A stretch of DNA of 64,000 nt from Octopus sinensis (Eukaryota), in assembly GCF_006345805.1 (NCBI RefSeq), contig NC_043015.1, positions 10,354,001 through 10,418,000 of the forward strand, read 5' to 3'. Made by a program: the position numbers and the translations under genes. The notes beneath the pieces were generated by a model. It ran no database searches and had not been told where the DNA came from. It saw nothing but the letters and a program-made list of their open reading frames with translations. Each line of letters opens with the position of its first letter. The first letter of the stretch is position 1. Shown here piece after piece: positions 13,213-27,165 of the stretch.

Positions 13213-14499
13213 TATATATACATACATACATACATATACGTAAACACACATATACACACATGCACACACGTGTTATATTCCTATTTAGTAGACTAGGAGA
13301 ATATATTATTGAAATATATTGTGGTGTATTGTTTTTCCGTTCAAAAAAGATGATATAGACACGCCACTACACGGGATGGACTGAAGGTCTTTATTCATAT
13401 AGTCACTGAACTCTATACCCCGTTATCTCGATCTCATAAAATGGTGGAAGTTTGAACGTGGTATCTCCTACAGCGATATGTGCTTGTATGTAGGTAACTA
13501 AAAATTGTGTGGTCAGTCATAGAGGAATATGTTATTCAGAAACAGATCCAAGAACAAACCTGAAGTGCCAGTAGGTGAGAAAGATCTCAGTAAAAGACAT
13601 AGAAGCACAGCCTGACAGATGCTACCTTTTTGATAGATAGAGAGTAGTAGAATGTGCCCATAATTTGACAGTCATCCTGGGTCTTTCGTGTGCCAGCAAT
13701 AACCGAAACCCTTGTTTATATCGAAGAAAGTAAACAATAGTTTGTTGTCATTAACATTGCAATTGACATCGAAGCGTAAATTCCCAGTATATGTGGACTT
13801 TTTTTTTTTAAATGAGAACATGGAGGTAATACCAGAAAAATTGAAAGATTCAATAAGTTGAAGAAAGTTGTGTTAATAGATTTCCCCGTCAGTCTTCAGA
13901 ATCTGGAAGTGTACGCTACTAGGGAGAAGGAAAGGCAGATAGACAGAGAGAGTGTGGGGATGCGTGAATACTAAAAATGGCTAATGTATATCGGTGCTAC
14001 CTCTTGTGGTCATTATTTTAGGGTTGATATATTTTCCTCAACCTTCTTGACATGAGGTGACATAAGTTACTTTCTCATATTTCACTATTGAGTGTTTGAT
14101 TATGAATAAGCTGCAGTAGATCATATCACCGTGGTAGCATATTCGTTTAATGAAAGGGGTGTGTCGGATGGTGCAAAGGGGCCAGTGAAGACGGAGGCGT
14201 TCTTTGAAAGATTACTAAACTCATATTCATTATGAGGATTGTTGGCACGATTATAAGGAGATTACTAAAATTGATGCACATCCTTCAAGATAAGAATCCC
14301 GCAGGCGAGCATGTGTGTGTATGTGTGTGTATGCATGTGCGCGCGTGCGTCTCTGTGTGTGTGTGTGACTGTTGTATGCAGGAGTACTCCCGGGTATCTT
14401 GGTTCCCTTCGATGGCAGAATTGCATCATAGGCCTGTCACTAATAGAACTGCTACTGCTGCTGCTACTACTCCTGCGACAACTACTGCTACTGCTACTG

Positions 14500-14518
14500 C
14501 TGAGCTGTTGCTGCTGCA

Positions 14519-14567
<49 letters not shown>

Positions 14568-14645
14568 ATACTACTACTGCTACCACCACTAATACTACTG
14601 CTGCTGCTTCTACTACTACTAGTACTACTGCTACTACTACTACTA
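14500..14645. repeat. (CTA)n/(CTG)n trinucleotide microsatellite
   Basis: Direct inspection; generates the poly-L and poly-Y ORFs. Confidence 0.95.
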
Positions 14646-16139
14646 CTGGTACCACAAAACTGTCAGGTTCCTACTAGATACATCATCCCGTTTCACTTTT
14701 AATCTGCTCCAGCTGGTATTCATTTTCAGTTGAGTTGAATTTAAACATTAATAGCAATTAAGAAAGGGAACGTATTCACTATTTGGTGGCGATGAAATAT
14801 GAAAGTTTTAAGTATTGATAATAAAGTCCGACAAATTTATCGAATGATAGCTTTACGTACACATAGTGGTGATATCGGATAATATTTGATTCCACTCTTA
14901 CATTTATTCATCTATTATAAAGTCTTCCATACAGAAAACTAGTCAAATACTGTATTAGGTATCATTAACTATACATATTCCAAACGCTGGTGGCCATATA
15001 AATTACTTTTCGAAAACATTATTTACTTACTCATTTCAGCACGGAATGAAACATAACACGTTTGAAATCATCTGTAACAAATGTTTGTGACTTACAGATA
15101 ATACCATCTTTATTTTATTTGTTTCTAGCCACAGAACGGTAACTTTTATAAAGTTCCTCTATCTGCTATAAATAGCCATTAAAACTCTTGTAAAATTACA
15201 ACACAACATACATTATTATTTTACAGAAATAAGAAGAAAAATGTAAGATTAGGTTTTCTATTTCCATATACAACCTATGGAACCTGACGATCATATCTGG
15301 GAAGCTTTTTATCATAGGTTTTGCTCGATCAGAGATTGCCTGCAGTTAAACTGCGCCAGCAGCTATGAACATAATATTTAAAAGAAAACAAACTAACTAC
15401 AAAAACGCCTTTTATTGTACATTTCCGAAATATTAGATTTCTGCGAATACACTGCGATCAGATGTAAATCCATGCTGACATAGAGCTAGAAATCAGTCAG
15501 TGGAAAGCAATATAACGATAATAATAAGTAAAATAAGTTATCTATTTCAACTCTTAAATTGAAACATTAAACTGTGGTGTCAATGCATTCTGTTCACTGA
15601 TTCAAAGAATTATAGATAACGTAAGGAGGAAGACATTTACAAATGGTCTAATAATCAATTCAGACTTTGTATTCCGAAACGGATTGTATTCCACTTCATT
15701 TAGTATTTATTAGACTGAGATGGATTTCTCCTTATTTCGAATACAACCATCTTCGACTTCAAAGCATGTTGACCCATGCAAGTCTAATATACACATAGAA
15801 ACACACATGCACACACAGTAACGCATGCGAACTCGTTCGCATACAAAGATAGATGATCACATCTATACACATATGTATAACAGTGCATATGTGTGTGCGT
15901 ATGAATGCGTTTCACACATATACATACTAAATAACTCTATTGTGCGCCCATAGCTATAAAGCTATGAATTCCGATCGTTTGATTTCCGCTTATTTGAAAT
16001 CGTCATTCATTTACTCAACTCATGTGGATATGAGTAATATGAGAGAAAGGAATACACATGTACAAAGAAACACCCACTCATACACATAAATATGTGCATA
16101 TGTATGTGCACACATGTACACTGATACGCACATCTATAT

Positions 16140-16470
16140 ACATATGCACGTACCTGTGTATTGTATGTATATACATACACACGCATGCACACACACACAT
16201 ATATATATATATGTAAATGTATACATGTATAAATAAATATACATATCCAGATACAATAATATACGTGTGCGTGTGTGTGCATGTATGTATAAATGTATTT
16301 ATGTATCAGCACACAGACTCACTCATAAATATATCCATACATACACATATACACACATATGAGTGCGTGTTTGTGTATACATGTATTTATATATTTGTGC
16401 ACACACACACATTAGTACGTTCATACATACATACAAACCCACACGTTCTATATATATGTATATGTATATG

Positions 16471-16515
<45 letters not shown>

Positions 16516-16676
16516 GCATATAAATATATATTTGTATATATATATATGTATATATATATGCATATACATATATACATATATATTTGTATATATATATATA
16601 TATGTATATGTATATGTATATGTATATATATGCATATATGTACATATATATATATATATATATAATATATATGTAA

Positions 16677-16729
<53 letters not shown>

Positions 16730-16745
16730 AATATACATATATATA
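16140..16745. repeat. (TA)n/(TATG)n compound microsatellite field
   Basis: Direct inspection. Confidence 0.95.
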
Positions 16746-17327
16746 AGAAATCGATTTACATTCGTTTTGCTTGGAAGCTTTCAAACAAGAACAAAATAAA
16801 ATTAAAATGATATTACAGAAGCAAAAATAAAAGAAATGAAATAAAACTATTCTATTTGAACTTGTAATCTGCTTCTTCTAAAAATCACTTCATGGTTACA
16901 TAACTTTTATGTGTGTTTTTCCGTTTTTAAGCGTTCATTTGAATTGTAGAATATTCTTACATCTGATTAATTGCAAATTTCCTTATGCAACACTTTCGAG
17001 CTGTATAAATACTCGAATCCCATGTTTGTATTTTAACTGCATGCTTGGTAGGAACTTAAATAAATTGCATCTATATTTCTATTTTCATTCAGATTAGTTA
17101 TCCCTGGAGTCACAAGTCAAAAAATATAAAAATGCAAGTGCTTATTGTTGTGTTCCCTTTTTTAAAGATACCGTGTTTTTTTTTTCTTTTCATTTTCTAA
17201 GAAAACTGACCTCGATATTCTGCCACAATATGCTGAAATGGTGGAAATTTATCCCTCCCATTTCGTTTCAATTTTCTGCAAACACATTTTCAGATCTATA
17301 TTTCGTTATGCAGTATTCATGCTTGCA

Positions 17328-17471
17328 TGGTATTCGTGGCTGTGTGATTAGCAGTTTGCTTCCCATCGACCTGGTTCTGAGTTCAATACAACCGTGTGAC
17401 ACTTTCGAGGAGTTTTCTTTAACATAGCTTTGTTAGGAGATTTGGTAGACTAAAATAGAGAGAAATACGTC

Positions 17472-17537
<66 letters not shown>

Positions 17538-17950
17538 ATAATCCAAAAGAGACGATGAAAAAACACAAGAAAAAACAACAATGTGAGGACGTGGTACACG
17601 CAAAGTATTAGTAGACGCTCATGGAAGGAAAGAAAAGTAGTTTTACGTTTCGAGCAAGCTCTGCTTCAGAAACACGAGATAGATGAAAGTCCAAAAGAAA
17701 AGGAAGACCGAGGAAAATATCGCCAACTATCTATATGTGGTTACATGTGGGTCTGTGCTTCTGCGTTTGTCCCCTACCATCGCTTGACAACCGGAATTGT
17801 TGCGTTTCAGTTCCCGTAACATAGTGGTTCAGCAAAAGTCAATGATGGACTAAGTGCTAAACGAGAACTAAGTACTGCTTTCTATTCATTCGCTTGAAAA
17901 CTCTTCAAGGCGGGGCTCCCACATCATTGCACTCTGATGACTAAAACGAT
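17328..17950 (+). mobile_element. SINE family A, old full-length copy interrupted by (TA)n and a hammerhead mini-element
   Basis: Degenerate head at 17328-17478 (GTGGCTGTGTGATTAG...GAGTTCAATAC); 3' body at 17755-17950 (TTTGTCCCC..CCATCGCTTGACAACCG...AAGGCGGGGCTCC). Confidence 0.7.
17641..17674 (-). ncRNA. Minimal type I hammerhead ribozyme relic (Penelope-type)
   Basis: Minus strand TTT-CTGAAGC-A-GAGC-TT-GCTC-GAAAC-GTA-AAA. Core A9 changed to C and stem II loop is only 2 nt; probably inactive. Confidence 0.65.
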
Positions 17951-18339
17951 AACGGTTAAATGGTATATATCTAGGACACAGCAGCGAATGCAGTTACGAC
18001 TATAAACGAGATCACGGCGAAACTTCTTTGCAATTAATATACTTGCTGAAAGGTGAATTATTGTACTTCGCATGAAATCCCATTTCACCGTCTTAGGAAA
18101 AATAAATAACAGAAAATAATTGACTTAATTCCTCTCCGAAAATTGATGACATTGTACTATAATTTCAAATCAATATTTAAATCGCAATAATAATCGGAAA
18201 AATCTCGGCTAGAAACAGTTGTGGTCTCCTCTTAATACCGCAATCCAACTTCATAAAAATCGAGGACAGGAAAGAATTCTTTCGTATTTTGGCAGAAAGT
18301 CATCAATTCTATCGGAGAGGTATTGTCGATTATATTGAC

Positions 18340-18705
18340 CTTAGTGCACAATAGGTAAATATATTTTCGATCTCCGAAGGATTAAAAGGAAAGCCGAACT
18401 CAGTGACATTTGGACTCAGAGCGTTAAGAGCTGGACGATTCGTTAGCACGTCGGTGGTTCTTCCAGTTTACCGCCTTAAGAACATAAAATAATGATTGCA
18501 AACTTTGGCACAAGGCCACCAATTTCAGGGGAGGGAAAAAGTCGATTACTTTAACATCAGTACTTTGTTGTTACTTATGTTATCGATCCCGAAATGATGA
18601 AAGGGAAAGTTGCCGTCAGCGGAATTTTAGCTGAGGACGTAAATACAGACGAAGAACGCCAAGCATTTTGCCCGGCAGGGTAACGATTCTGCCAGCTCAC
18701 GACAT
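18340..18705 (-). mobile_element. Two adjacent SINE family B copies (degenerate)
   Basis: Reverse complements of the head (GATTCTGCCAGCTCACG) and core (ATCGATCCCGAAATGATGAAAGGGAAAGTTG); tail TTTGGCACAAGGCC. Confidence 0.7.
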
Positions 18706-20844
18706 TTAAATCACATAAACTAATAATGGTAAATAAATAACATTAGCAGTCACGGTTGGTATGTTTTTGTGCTGGGTGATCGAGTGTGACAAGGAGTTAA
18801 ACAACTGCAACAGCAACATCACACGGGCTGAGGAAGATGTGTTTTAAAGATTCCAACAACGTGTTTGGTTTGCTCTTTATTCTCCTAGCGAATGCAAAAC
18901 ACCGTGAGAATGTGTAAAAGGGTAAGCTAAGAAAATTATACTGAATATAGACGAAACAGATTACGATACAAATGTTTAAGCAATACAGAGAAAATGCAGA
19001 TACAAGATCATGAATGACTGCGAACAACAAAACTGTTAGTGTTGCTTCGCGTATCCTTATTATTCATTTACTTTACTGTTTGATCGGTAAGTATCTATAT
19101 GTGTTTTAATAAGGAAAGAGTGAGTAAATAATTTTAAAAACTGACGTGGTGGTTAATGTGATATCAACACAGAACGTTACAGATTAGTATTTCCAGAAAA
19201 ATAATGAGCTTAATATTGAAAATATATGTATTGATTTGTCAGATAAATGTGTTGGGTTTTTTCCTTTTGTTATATAATTGACGCAAAACATTTTTATTGC
19301 AGATGGTATGTCCATCATTTGTAACGAGTAGAGACCATTTTAACGCCAGTAGAAAATGCTGAGAAAAAGAGTGAGAAAGAGAACGGGAGAGAAGAAGAGA
19401 CAAAAAGAAAGAGAGAGAGATAATAAGGATAGACAGAGAAAGAGAGCCTGAGTGCCAGAGGCTGATCTTTTCTGAGAACGACTTAATGCTACTCAGATGA
19501 GTTGTCCGTTTCCCTGATATTCGATATGACGCCACAATATACCACTACAAGAAAAATCCCAGAAGGTGACGCAATACAACATTTTGCTTGTGAAAGTGTT
19601 TTATATACTCCCACAAATTTGTGGTATCAAACATCTGACCATGAAATGAAGAGTCTTTGCTAGAATACAGGTGAAAGAAACCAAACACCAATTCTCTATA
19701 TGAGTACATTTTCGAGATTGTAGCTTAAGAAGGCAGTGTGCATTTGAGAAATGGATGTTGAATCGATTGCTAACATTAGAATGCAATAATTCGTTACGCA
19801 ACCTGTGTAAAACTGGGTATTGTTGGATGTGTGTGGGTGGGGGGGGGGTGATAAATTGAACGTATAGAAGGAGCAGCGTATACGACAAAATCATGTGGGG
19901 AATCTGTAGGGAATCACTGAAGTTGAACGTTTGAAGGATAGAAAAGGGTCAGTGAATACACGAAGCCAGGGTGTCTTCTGACAAGGAAACTATCAATCCA
20001 AAACCGAAGCACTCACTTTTAAAAGAAGATTTCTATTCTAGACACGTCGAATGTAACATAATTATTTCCATCAAACTTCTCCAAGGCAAGCGCCTGCTGA
20101 AAGTTAACGAGGAAGAGAAAGCCAACAGTGCATCTGGTTCTACAGAAACAGCGTTGGTGAGAGAAACGAAATATTGCTTATGAATACAGCAATGACCTTA
20201 GAGTATTAGAATGTAATATGATAGGTATTGCAGATGTTCGATAAAACCTTGCACTGGTAACATCTTGATACATTTAGATGCCGATTATGCAGAGTCAGAA
20301 AACTACGCAAGCGTACTTGAGAGCAACGAGAGACAGGTGAATGGAATGCAGTAAGGTGGAGAGGGATGACAATTATGAAAGAAAATAACGTGTGGAAATG
20401 TCAGTAGGTAAATCATTAATGTTAATCATCACGTTTGCAGTGGTCCATGAATATTTAATGTAATATGGCACAACATAAATTGATTGGTTGGAAAATGTCG
20501 TGTCAAAACAAAATGACCCCTCTTCGTTGCTGTGATAATTTGAAAAACCCGATGTTCATTTTCTTAGACTTGTATTTTCGAAATTGATATACTGGAAACA
20601 TTTCCAGATTTTTCAAATAAAGAACGTATATGGAAGCCTTTTTATTTTATAGTATAAATTTATATATAATATATTTACTTACCGATAAATTCCTTCTTGA
20701 TTCTTTCAGCGAGTATGAGATCACTAATACGCGATATCTATTAAAATTTTATCTGTCTTGGCAAAACATCCTTTACTGAAATTGCTTACAGGCATTACTC
20801 ATCAAGAGCATCACCCCCTCCCCCACTGCAACCAAAATAATCAT

Positions 20845-21150
20845 CATTCACCACCATCATCATCTTCATCATCATTATCATCAAGTGTCTATCCCGATTC
20901 ATAAGACCCTCGTCTTCTACCAACTTCATCATCCATATATTACAATACCTCTCACGGCCGCATTTACTGTTATATTATAACTGATCAGTACAGCTAGTCT
21001 CAAAGTGTCCGATATATATTTGACCAGCTAAAGTGTTTCAAAAGGAAGTTGTGCCTCATCAGCTCTTCCTTACTCTCCAGCAGTGTCTAGCAAAATCACC
21101 TTTTCTTCTTCTAATGCTTTGTCTACTTGAGACAGTTATTCCCCTGACAT
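20845..21150 (-). mobile_element. RTE-clade LINE 3' end relic with (GAT)n tail
   Basis: Minus-strand frame SIRRRKGDFARHCWR...SCTDQL...LMNRDRHL resembles the RTE C-terminus IRxRRLRFAGHCWR...YIDQL...MNDR; followed by GAT repeats. Confidence 0.55.
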
Positions 21151-23559
21151 AATTTAATCATCACAATGCATGCACATATGGGGGGCATCCGGTATAGTTT
21201 CAAATACATTGCCACAGTCCACATAGAAGAACCATAAAATAACAGAAATTCAACTACAGTGCAGCAGTTAGTTTTCATATTCTCTGACAGTTTAGTACGA
21301 CATATTTTGTAATTTATAAATTCAAATCAAATACTTTATGTAACATTTGACTGCATAAAATATAACGAAATATCATTTGGGCGATGTCAAAATGGTATTA
21401 AAATGGCAATGTATTGTACGAATTAAAGTTGATTTATTTATGCATCTAACACCCGATAATTTTGAAATGTTATATTGAATTCACGTGAAATGGATATTTT
21501 GGGTATTGTAGTAAGTTATCTCTTTGTATAATTTGTTTCCAAGTTGTTGAGATCATAGTAGACGAAATAACGACTGAACATCAGCCTATTTATTTGCGCA
21601 TTTAAGCATTTTACCAGCAACTTTTCATCATGCTTGCATCAAATGTTGGAGTACTACAATCATGGTGCTACAAAGCATAATAAACACTCGTCTCTAATAT
21701 AAACAGACGTAAATATTAGTACCACATATGCACAAAGAGAAAAAAAGTTGTAAAATTACAAGCAACAAAAGCCAAACGTTAGTCAGACAAGAGAAAGAAA
21801 ACAATAGTAATTTGTCTGGATTTGAAAGTTTGTACAGCCATAAAAAAGTAAATAGTGTGTACATTCGTTCTATGCTTGGCAATATTGAAGCTTTTACAAA
21901 TAAATATATCACTCGAAAGCTTATAGTGTCTCTCCTCTCCAAAAAACTTTCGACTGAAAGACAAACACCCGGATTCATTTTGTGGATTGGATGGACTTAG
22001 AAAGCATTTCAGAATTAATAAATAGAGAGAGAAAAAGGCACATGCCTACGTGTTGCAAAACCAAGAGTATTTTGTTTTTGTTTTTGTCTTGTTACATACA
22101 AACAATAATAATGAAAGTTATTCTCCCTCTGCAAGATGCGAGAGAGCCCTTAGTTAAAATTCCACCGCGGTCAACTTTGTCTTTTATCCTTATAAAACTG
22201 GGCTCCATATAATCTACTAATTCCTCTAACCAAATTAACCAAATTCCTTGCCCTGTGCCTGGAGTATTAAAAGAAGGGAGTATTATTATACGCATATTAT
22301 TATGTGTTAGTACAAGCAGCAGCCATAGCGGTGGTAGTTGTAGTAGTAGGAGGAGGATGAGGAAGAGGAGAAGGGGAGGAAGAGGGGGTGATGGGGGAGG
22401 ATGGGGAGGAGGAGGGTGGGTCAAGTGGACAAATTCAATTGAGCATTTTATGTTTTTATGGTTTGGTTGGACTTAACGTCATTTTAAATCTATAACGCCT
22501 TCAGACGACGCATTGGCTATTAACACCTATTTTTTTCTCAAGATATTTGATTAATATGCTTACATGTTTTTGTCACGTAGTCCAAATTTACAAGCTAATG
22601 TTTATTATAGAACTGTTTTTGTGCAAAAGCTATTTTCAATTTATTCTAATCTGTTGTTCTGCTATCCGTTCGTCTAAATTTGTAATGGCGACAAGTCAGG
22701 AAAGTAATACCTATCAAAATAAAAATAAAAATACTGTATTGTGAATATGAAGCATAAGAAATTACGAATGTACCAACTTTACAAAAGTGACGACATGATT
22801 AAAAAGCAACAAAACATTTTCAGAAAAAAAAAAGAAATCTAAGTGATGCTGCGAATACTCCTGTCGATAATTACAAAATCAGCATTGATAATTTTGACAC
22901 TCAGAGCAGACAAACTTCTTCAAACATGAAATGAAAATATGGATGAATTTTCGCATCTGTAGCATATCTCGTTTCTTGCGTTAAATCATTTTAAATACCA
23001 AAAATGCAATATAAAATGTACTACTGAGTGACAGTATCTCAAAGCCCCCTATCGACTTGCGTGGAGAAAATATTCTAAGGGCGGCAAGAAAGACAATTAT
23101 TATCCTTTGTCTCAAAAAACTAGTCAATTATTCTGATTAAAGAACAATTTATTGGAAGCCCAATTTCTTGCTGTGAATCCTACGAAAAGGATTCATTTAT
23201 AGAGATCAAATGTGTATGCTGTTTATTTGGTTACCTCCTCGTTAAAATCAAAGTAGCCTGGATAGGTTCACAGTGTACTACATTTAAGGTATCGAACTTA
23301 ACAAAATGCCACTTGTGAGGAGGTATTTTTGCTCACGCCAACGGATTCAAAAATTCAAGCCACGCTCTTGAAATCGGGTGTGCAACAACCTAACCACAAA
23401 GCCATGAGTGTTCATACCATTTTCTTTATAGAGAATGGCAAATCATGAAATAATTTTGTCTGTCCTTGAATGCGGTCAAATATAGAGACAAAACGAGAAA
23501 TGCAGGAGTATGGAAACTCCTGTCATATAATATTGGTTAAAACATTTAGTACAAGTCAA

Positions 23560-23746
23560 ACAAGTTCGGGATCCTGGATCATTCGAATACATCGACACCA
23601 ACGTTCAGCTGGTATTTATTGTATCGACCACGAAAGGATAAAAGGCAAATTAGATCTCGGCGGAATTCGGACTTAGAATGTAAAGACGGACAAAATGCTT
23701 CTAAGCATTTTGCCCAGCACACTAACGATTCTGCCAGCTCGCCGCC
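23560..23746 (-). mobile_element. SINE family B
   Basis: Reverse complement of the head ends ...GATTCTGCCAGCTCGCCGCC; core CGACCACGAAAGGATAAAAGGCAAA. Confidence 0.8.
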
Positions 23747-23864
23747 TCCGTGGCATATTACTTAAGTGTGACAATTAAAGCACGGCAAAACATATTTAGT
23801 TGCAACTCAATGGAACCTTTTCGAAACATTACGGCCAATAACAGGTTCATTGTTACAATTATAA

Positions 23865-23908
23865 TTATCATTATCATTATTATTATTGTTATTATTATTA
23901 TTAGTTTT

Positions 23909-23953
<45 letters not shown>

Positions 23954-24120
23954 TGGTAGTAGTAGTAGTAATAGTAGTAGCAGCAGCAGCAACAGCAGCA
24001 GTAGCAGCAACAGCAGCAGTAGCAGCAGCATCAGTCGTAGTAGTAGTTGTAGTAGTAGTAATAGTAGTAGGAGGAGGAGGATGAGGAGGAGGATAAGAGG
24101 CAGCAGCAGTAGTAGTAGTC
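23865..24120. repeat. (ATT)n/(TAG)n/(CAG)n/(GAG)n compound microsatellite
   Basis: Direct inspection. Confidence 0.95.
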
Positions 24121-24512
24121 GAAATAGGACGATATAGAAGTGGCAGTTCCGCAATATAAAACACACTCTCATTTTGATCATAAATTTTGTTTTAACAGTA
24201 TACTTTCCTCTTACACGAAATCGTACTAAGGTCATAGCAATGAAAGATGAAAACATTACTACGAAAATAAATCTGTTTACAAGTTTGTCATGTTCTTAAT
24301 TCGTTAAAACAAGAAAAATACAGGAGAAAGAGTTAGAAAAAATGTTTCGTGTAAACTTGATGGAAATCTCGTGTTATGTTTTCATTCTTCAAGAGCGGGT
24401 CGCATGTAGCCAATAAAAATAATTCTCAATCCTGAAATTCGGTTTGTTCATGTTCGGCATCGTCGTGGTCTTTTCCTTCTTTTTCTCCAGCTTCTTTTTC
24501 TTCTTCTTCTAG

Positions 24513-25057
24513 TAGTGCATGCCATCAAAAACACACAGGGGTACAAATATACAAAGTAAAAAATACCCATTATGACTACCCGTCAGATGGCGATACGCCA
24601 GGTACATGCATAACAAACATATGTGAGCGACATGGTGATCTCATATCACGATAAACAGCACATGACCTTACAGGTGGGTCCCAGTTAGAATTTTCTTCAG
24701 ATCGAGTAACTCATTCCCACTCAAACGATTCCTGAATAAGGGTTGTTTAAGGATATTGAATGAAAGTCCCATATTTCCAATGCTGACTTATCCAGACACC
24801 AAAGAATTCCTCTCAACACATGGCTATGATGATCCCCAGATACTTCTGTTCGTGATCAGAAATGCACATATCATCAGCCACTAAGTTACAGTTTTAACTG
24901 GCGAAGGTCAAGCAAGTGAAAAGCAAGCTTGCGGTATTGAGCAGAATAATGGATGTGGCCCATCTTTTCTACCAATACAAAATATGTACATAACACTTCC
25001 AATCAGTTAAGATCAGAAGCGGTGAGAGCCACTGCTTGGTACTGCGTTAGGTCATTT
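24513..25057 (-). mobile_element. About 560-bp (AAT)n-associated non-coding retroposon-like element, copy A (diverged)
   Basis: Colinear with 28406-28963 and with the reverse complement of 42275-42835. Confidence 0.85.
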
Positions 25058-25974
25058 ATTTATTATTACTTAAGTTTTGCTGTTACACATTGTTATACAT
25101 TGTACATTTGTTATTGTTGCGTAGTTAAACAAACCAGGAACTTGGGTAGCTGGTTAGTTCTTTTCCAAGATGCTATTTCGGTGTCTGGGCTAAGGCGATC
25201 CTAATTTGTTTTGCTAAAATCAAAAATAGCCAAAGACAATTGTCCGTCTACTGAATGGAACAGCCGGTTGTCCGGAAGAGAAGACAATGCTTGGTGTAGC
25301 AGCAGCAGCAACAAGAATATTAGCATACGTCAAACATGAAAACGAGATTCCCTTCCTTCTGTCCTCCCCTTCACTATTGTAGAAACCAAACAAAACAAAA
25401 AATACAAAAGCCAACTACACAAACGAAAACACTGACACCTCCACGCTATAGCTGGTGCCAGCAGCAGGTCCAACACCACCATAATTGTCGACATAATTGA
25501 CAAAAATGCAATAAAATCAAGAAATGCAAATCAAGTCGAAAATGAATTCATGAATGCAAAATGCATGTCGGAGAAATGTGTTAGACAAGTGGATCTAAAC
25601 ATTCCTAGCAAAGAAATTCCAGTAAGAAATTAATTTGAGGACAGTTCTATATAAAAGAGTTTGAGCGAAAAATAGGAATATGGGGCAGGCATCACAGCGA
25701 CAGATAGAAAAATGTCTAAAACCAATGTGGAAAAACAAAACCTATGTGTCCAAGGGGAAGAAATATGGGACAGTCGTGGTGATGTTCGCTTCAGTAGTGG
25801 GGGACAAAAGAATCACTCGACAGCTTCTCTAACAAGTGACGAATTATTATTATTATTATCGTTGTTGTTGTTGCTGCTGCTATTAAGACAGAATCGCTAG
25901 TGAGCTGTCAGAATCGTTAGTGCGCTGCACGAAATACCCGTCGCTACATTCTGAGTTCAAATTCCTTAAATTTC

Positions 25975-26582
25975 TCTAGCAAGTTTTCCTTGCGTTCGGA
26001 TAGGTATCTCAATAATTTTAATATTCCTCCACAGAGCTTTTTTTGTCTTACTGTCGTATTCCTTTAACTCATCCTCTGTCCACTTCAGAATACCAGCTTC
26101 ATGCCGAACCATTGCGAGCGTACGCGGTATAATGCCGATATCATGAGTCGAGCACTCAACCTTAAATCTAATATATCGATCAGTAACCGCCGGTTTTCCG
26201 TCCTAATCGTCTTTTTCATAACACTATGCTTAATTCCATTTGCCTCAAGTAATTCCAGGTTTTTATATCCGGATTCGGATCCAATCGATTTTACCATCTC
26301 ACCACTTGATATGCACACACCTTCTGTTCTGACCAGCTTCCCTCCTCCTATCGCGATCACAGCACATTTTGAAAGTCCAAACTCCATCCTGATATTATCT
26401 GACAAAATCTACAGAGATTGAACTAGACCGTACTGTCCTGCCTCTCTATTTGTAAACATGTTCTAGTTATCAAATGAATAACAAGTGGTTTAGTTACTTT
26501 GTACATCTGCCGAATCAAACACGAACGTTGATTTCTCTAGTGTTTCGCTCAAGGGGATCATTCCCAAGATAAATATCAGTGG
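25975..26582 (-). mobile_element. R4/Dong-like non-LTR retrotransposon RT relic
   Basis: PLIFILGMIPLSE...HLLF(MDD degraded)...SDNIRMEFGLSKCAVIAIGGGKLVRTEG...SGYKNLELLEANGIKHSVMKKTIR...AGILKWTEDELKEYDSKTKK, typical of R4-clade RT and thumb. Confidence 0.85.
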
Positions 26583-26747
26583 AGATTATTATGATCATCA
26601 CCATCATCATTATCATTATTATTAGTTCATTTTTTATCTCCGGTTTTGTTGCAAATCCTGGATTATTGAATGGATCACCGGCTTACTGTCAGCAGCCTAA
26701 GGTAACATGTATTTATTCTTTCCGACAATCTATTACTTTCCCATTAC

Positions 26748-26782
<35 letters not shown>

Positions 26783-26784
<2 letters not shown>

Positions 26785-27165
26785 TTACTGTCTTTGCACA
26801 GCTTCTAACGTTGGAGATGTACTACGGTGTCAACTGTTCACTACCAGTGAACTATGGTAACACCCCTTATTTTTCGAGCACCTTATTTATCGAGTATTCG
26901 AGCGGTTCCAAGCAATGTTCTTTTCTGCAAGTGCTCCAACCTTATTGCAGCTCCTATTTATTCCATGTACTTCTCAAGGTTTTTACTCACTGTTCCTAGG
27001 GCTCCGATAATTATTGGTACTACTACTACCTTTTTCACCGACAACTGCTTGTCCTCCCAAGTTAACCTGTTATATATATCGACGTTTCTTTCTTCCTTAT
27101 CGCATACCTTGTTGCCAGCTGGGCATGCTACATCTATGATCCAACGTCGTTTGCCTTCTATTTTA
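26783..27165 (-). mobile_element. R4/Dong-like 5'-truncated copy: restriction-like endonuclease end plus 3' UTR plus (AAT)n tail
   Basis: WIIDVACPAGNKVCDKEE...VVVVPIIIGALGTVSKNLEKYME*IGAAIRLEHLQKRTLLGTARIL. 3' UTR hairpin GTTCACT-ACC-AGTGAAC at 26836-26852; (AAT)n tail at 26745-26783. Confidence 0.9.

Noticed and set aside
19880-20350. Possible old LINE endonuclease (LECNMIGIADVR) or LamG-like FDGNNYVTF on the minus strand
   Set aside because: Each match is about 10 residues and bounded by stops; they are mutually exclusive and unsupported.
21030-21070. Minus-strand CTGATGA-GG...GAAAC hammerhead-like string
   Set aside because: No stem II adjacent to the core and no stem I; it lies within the RTE coding relic.
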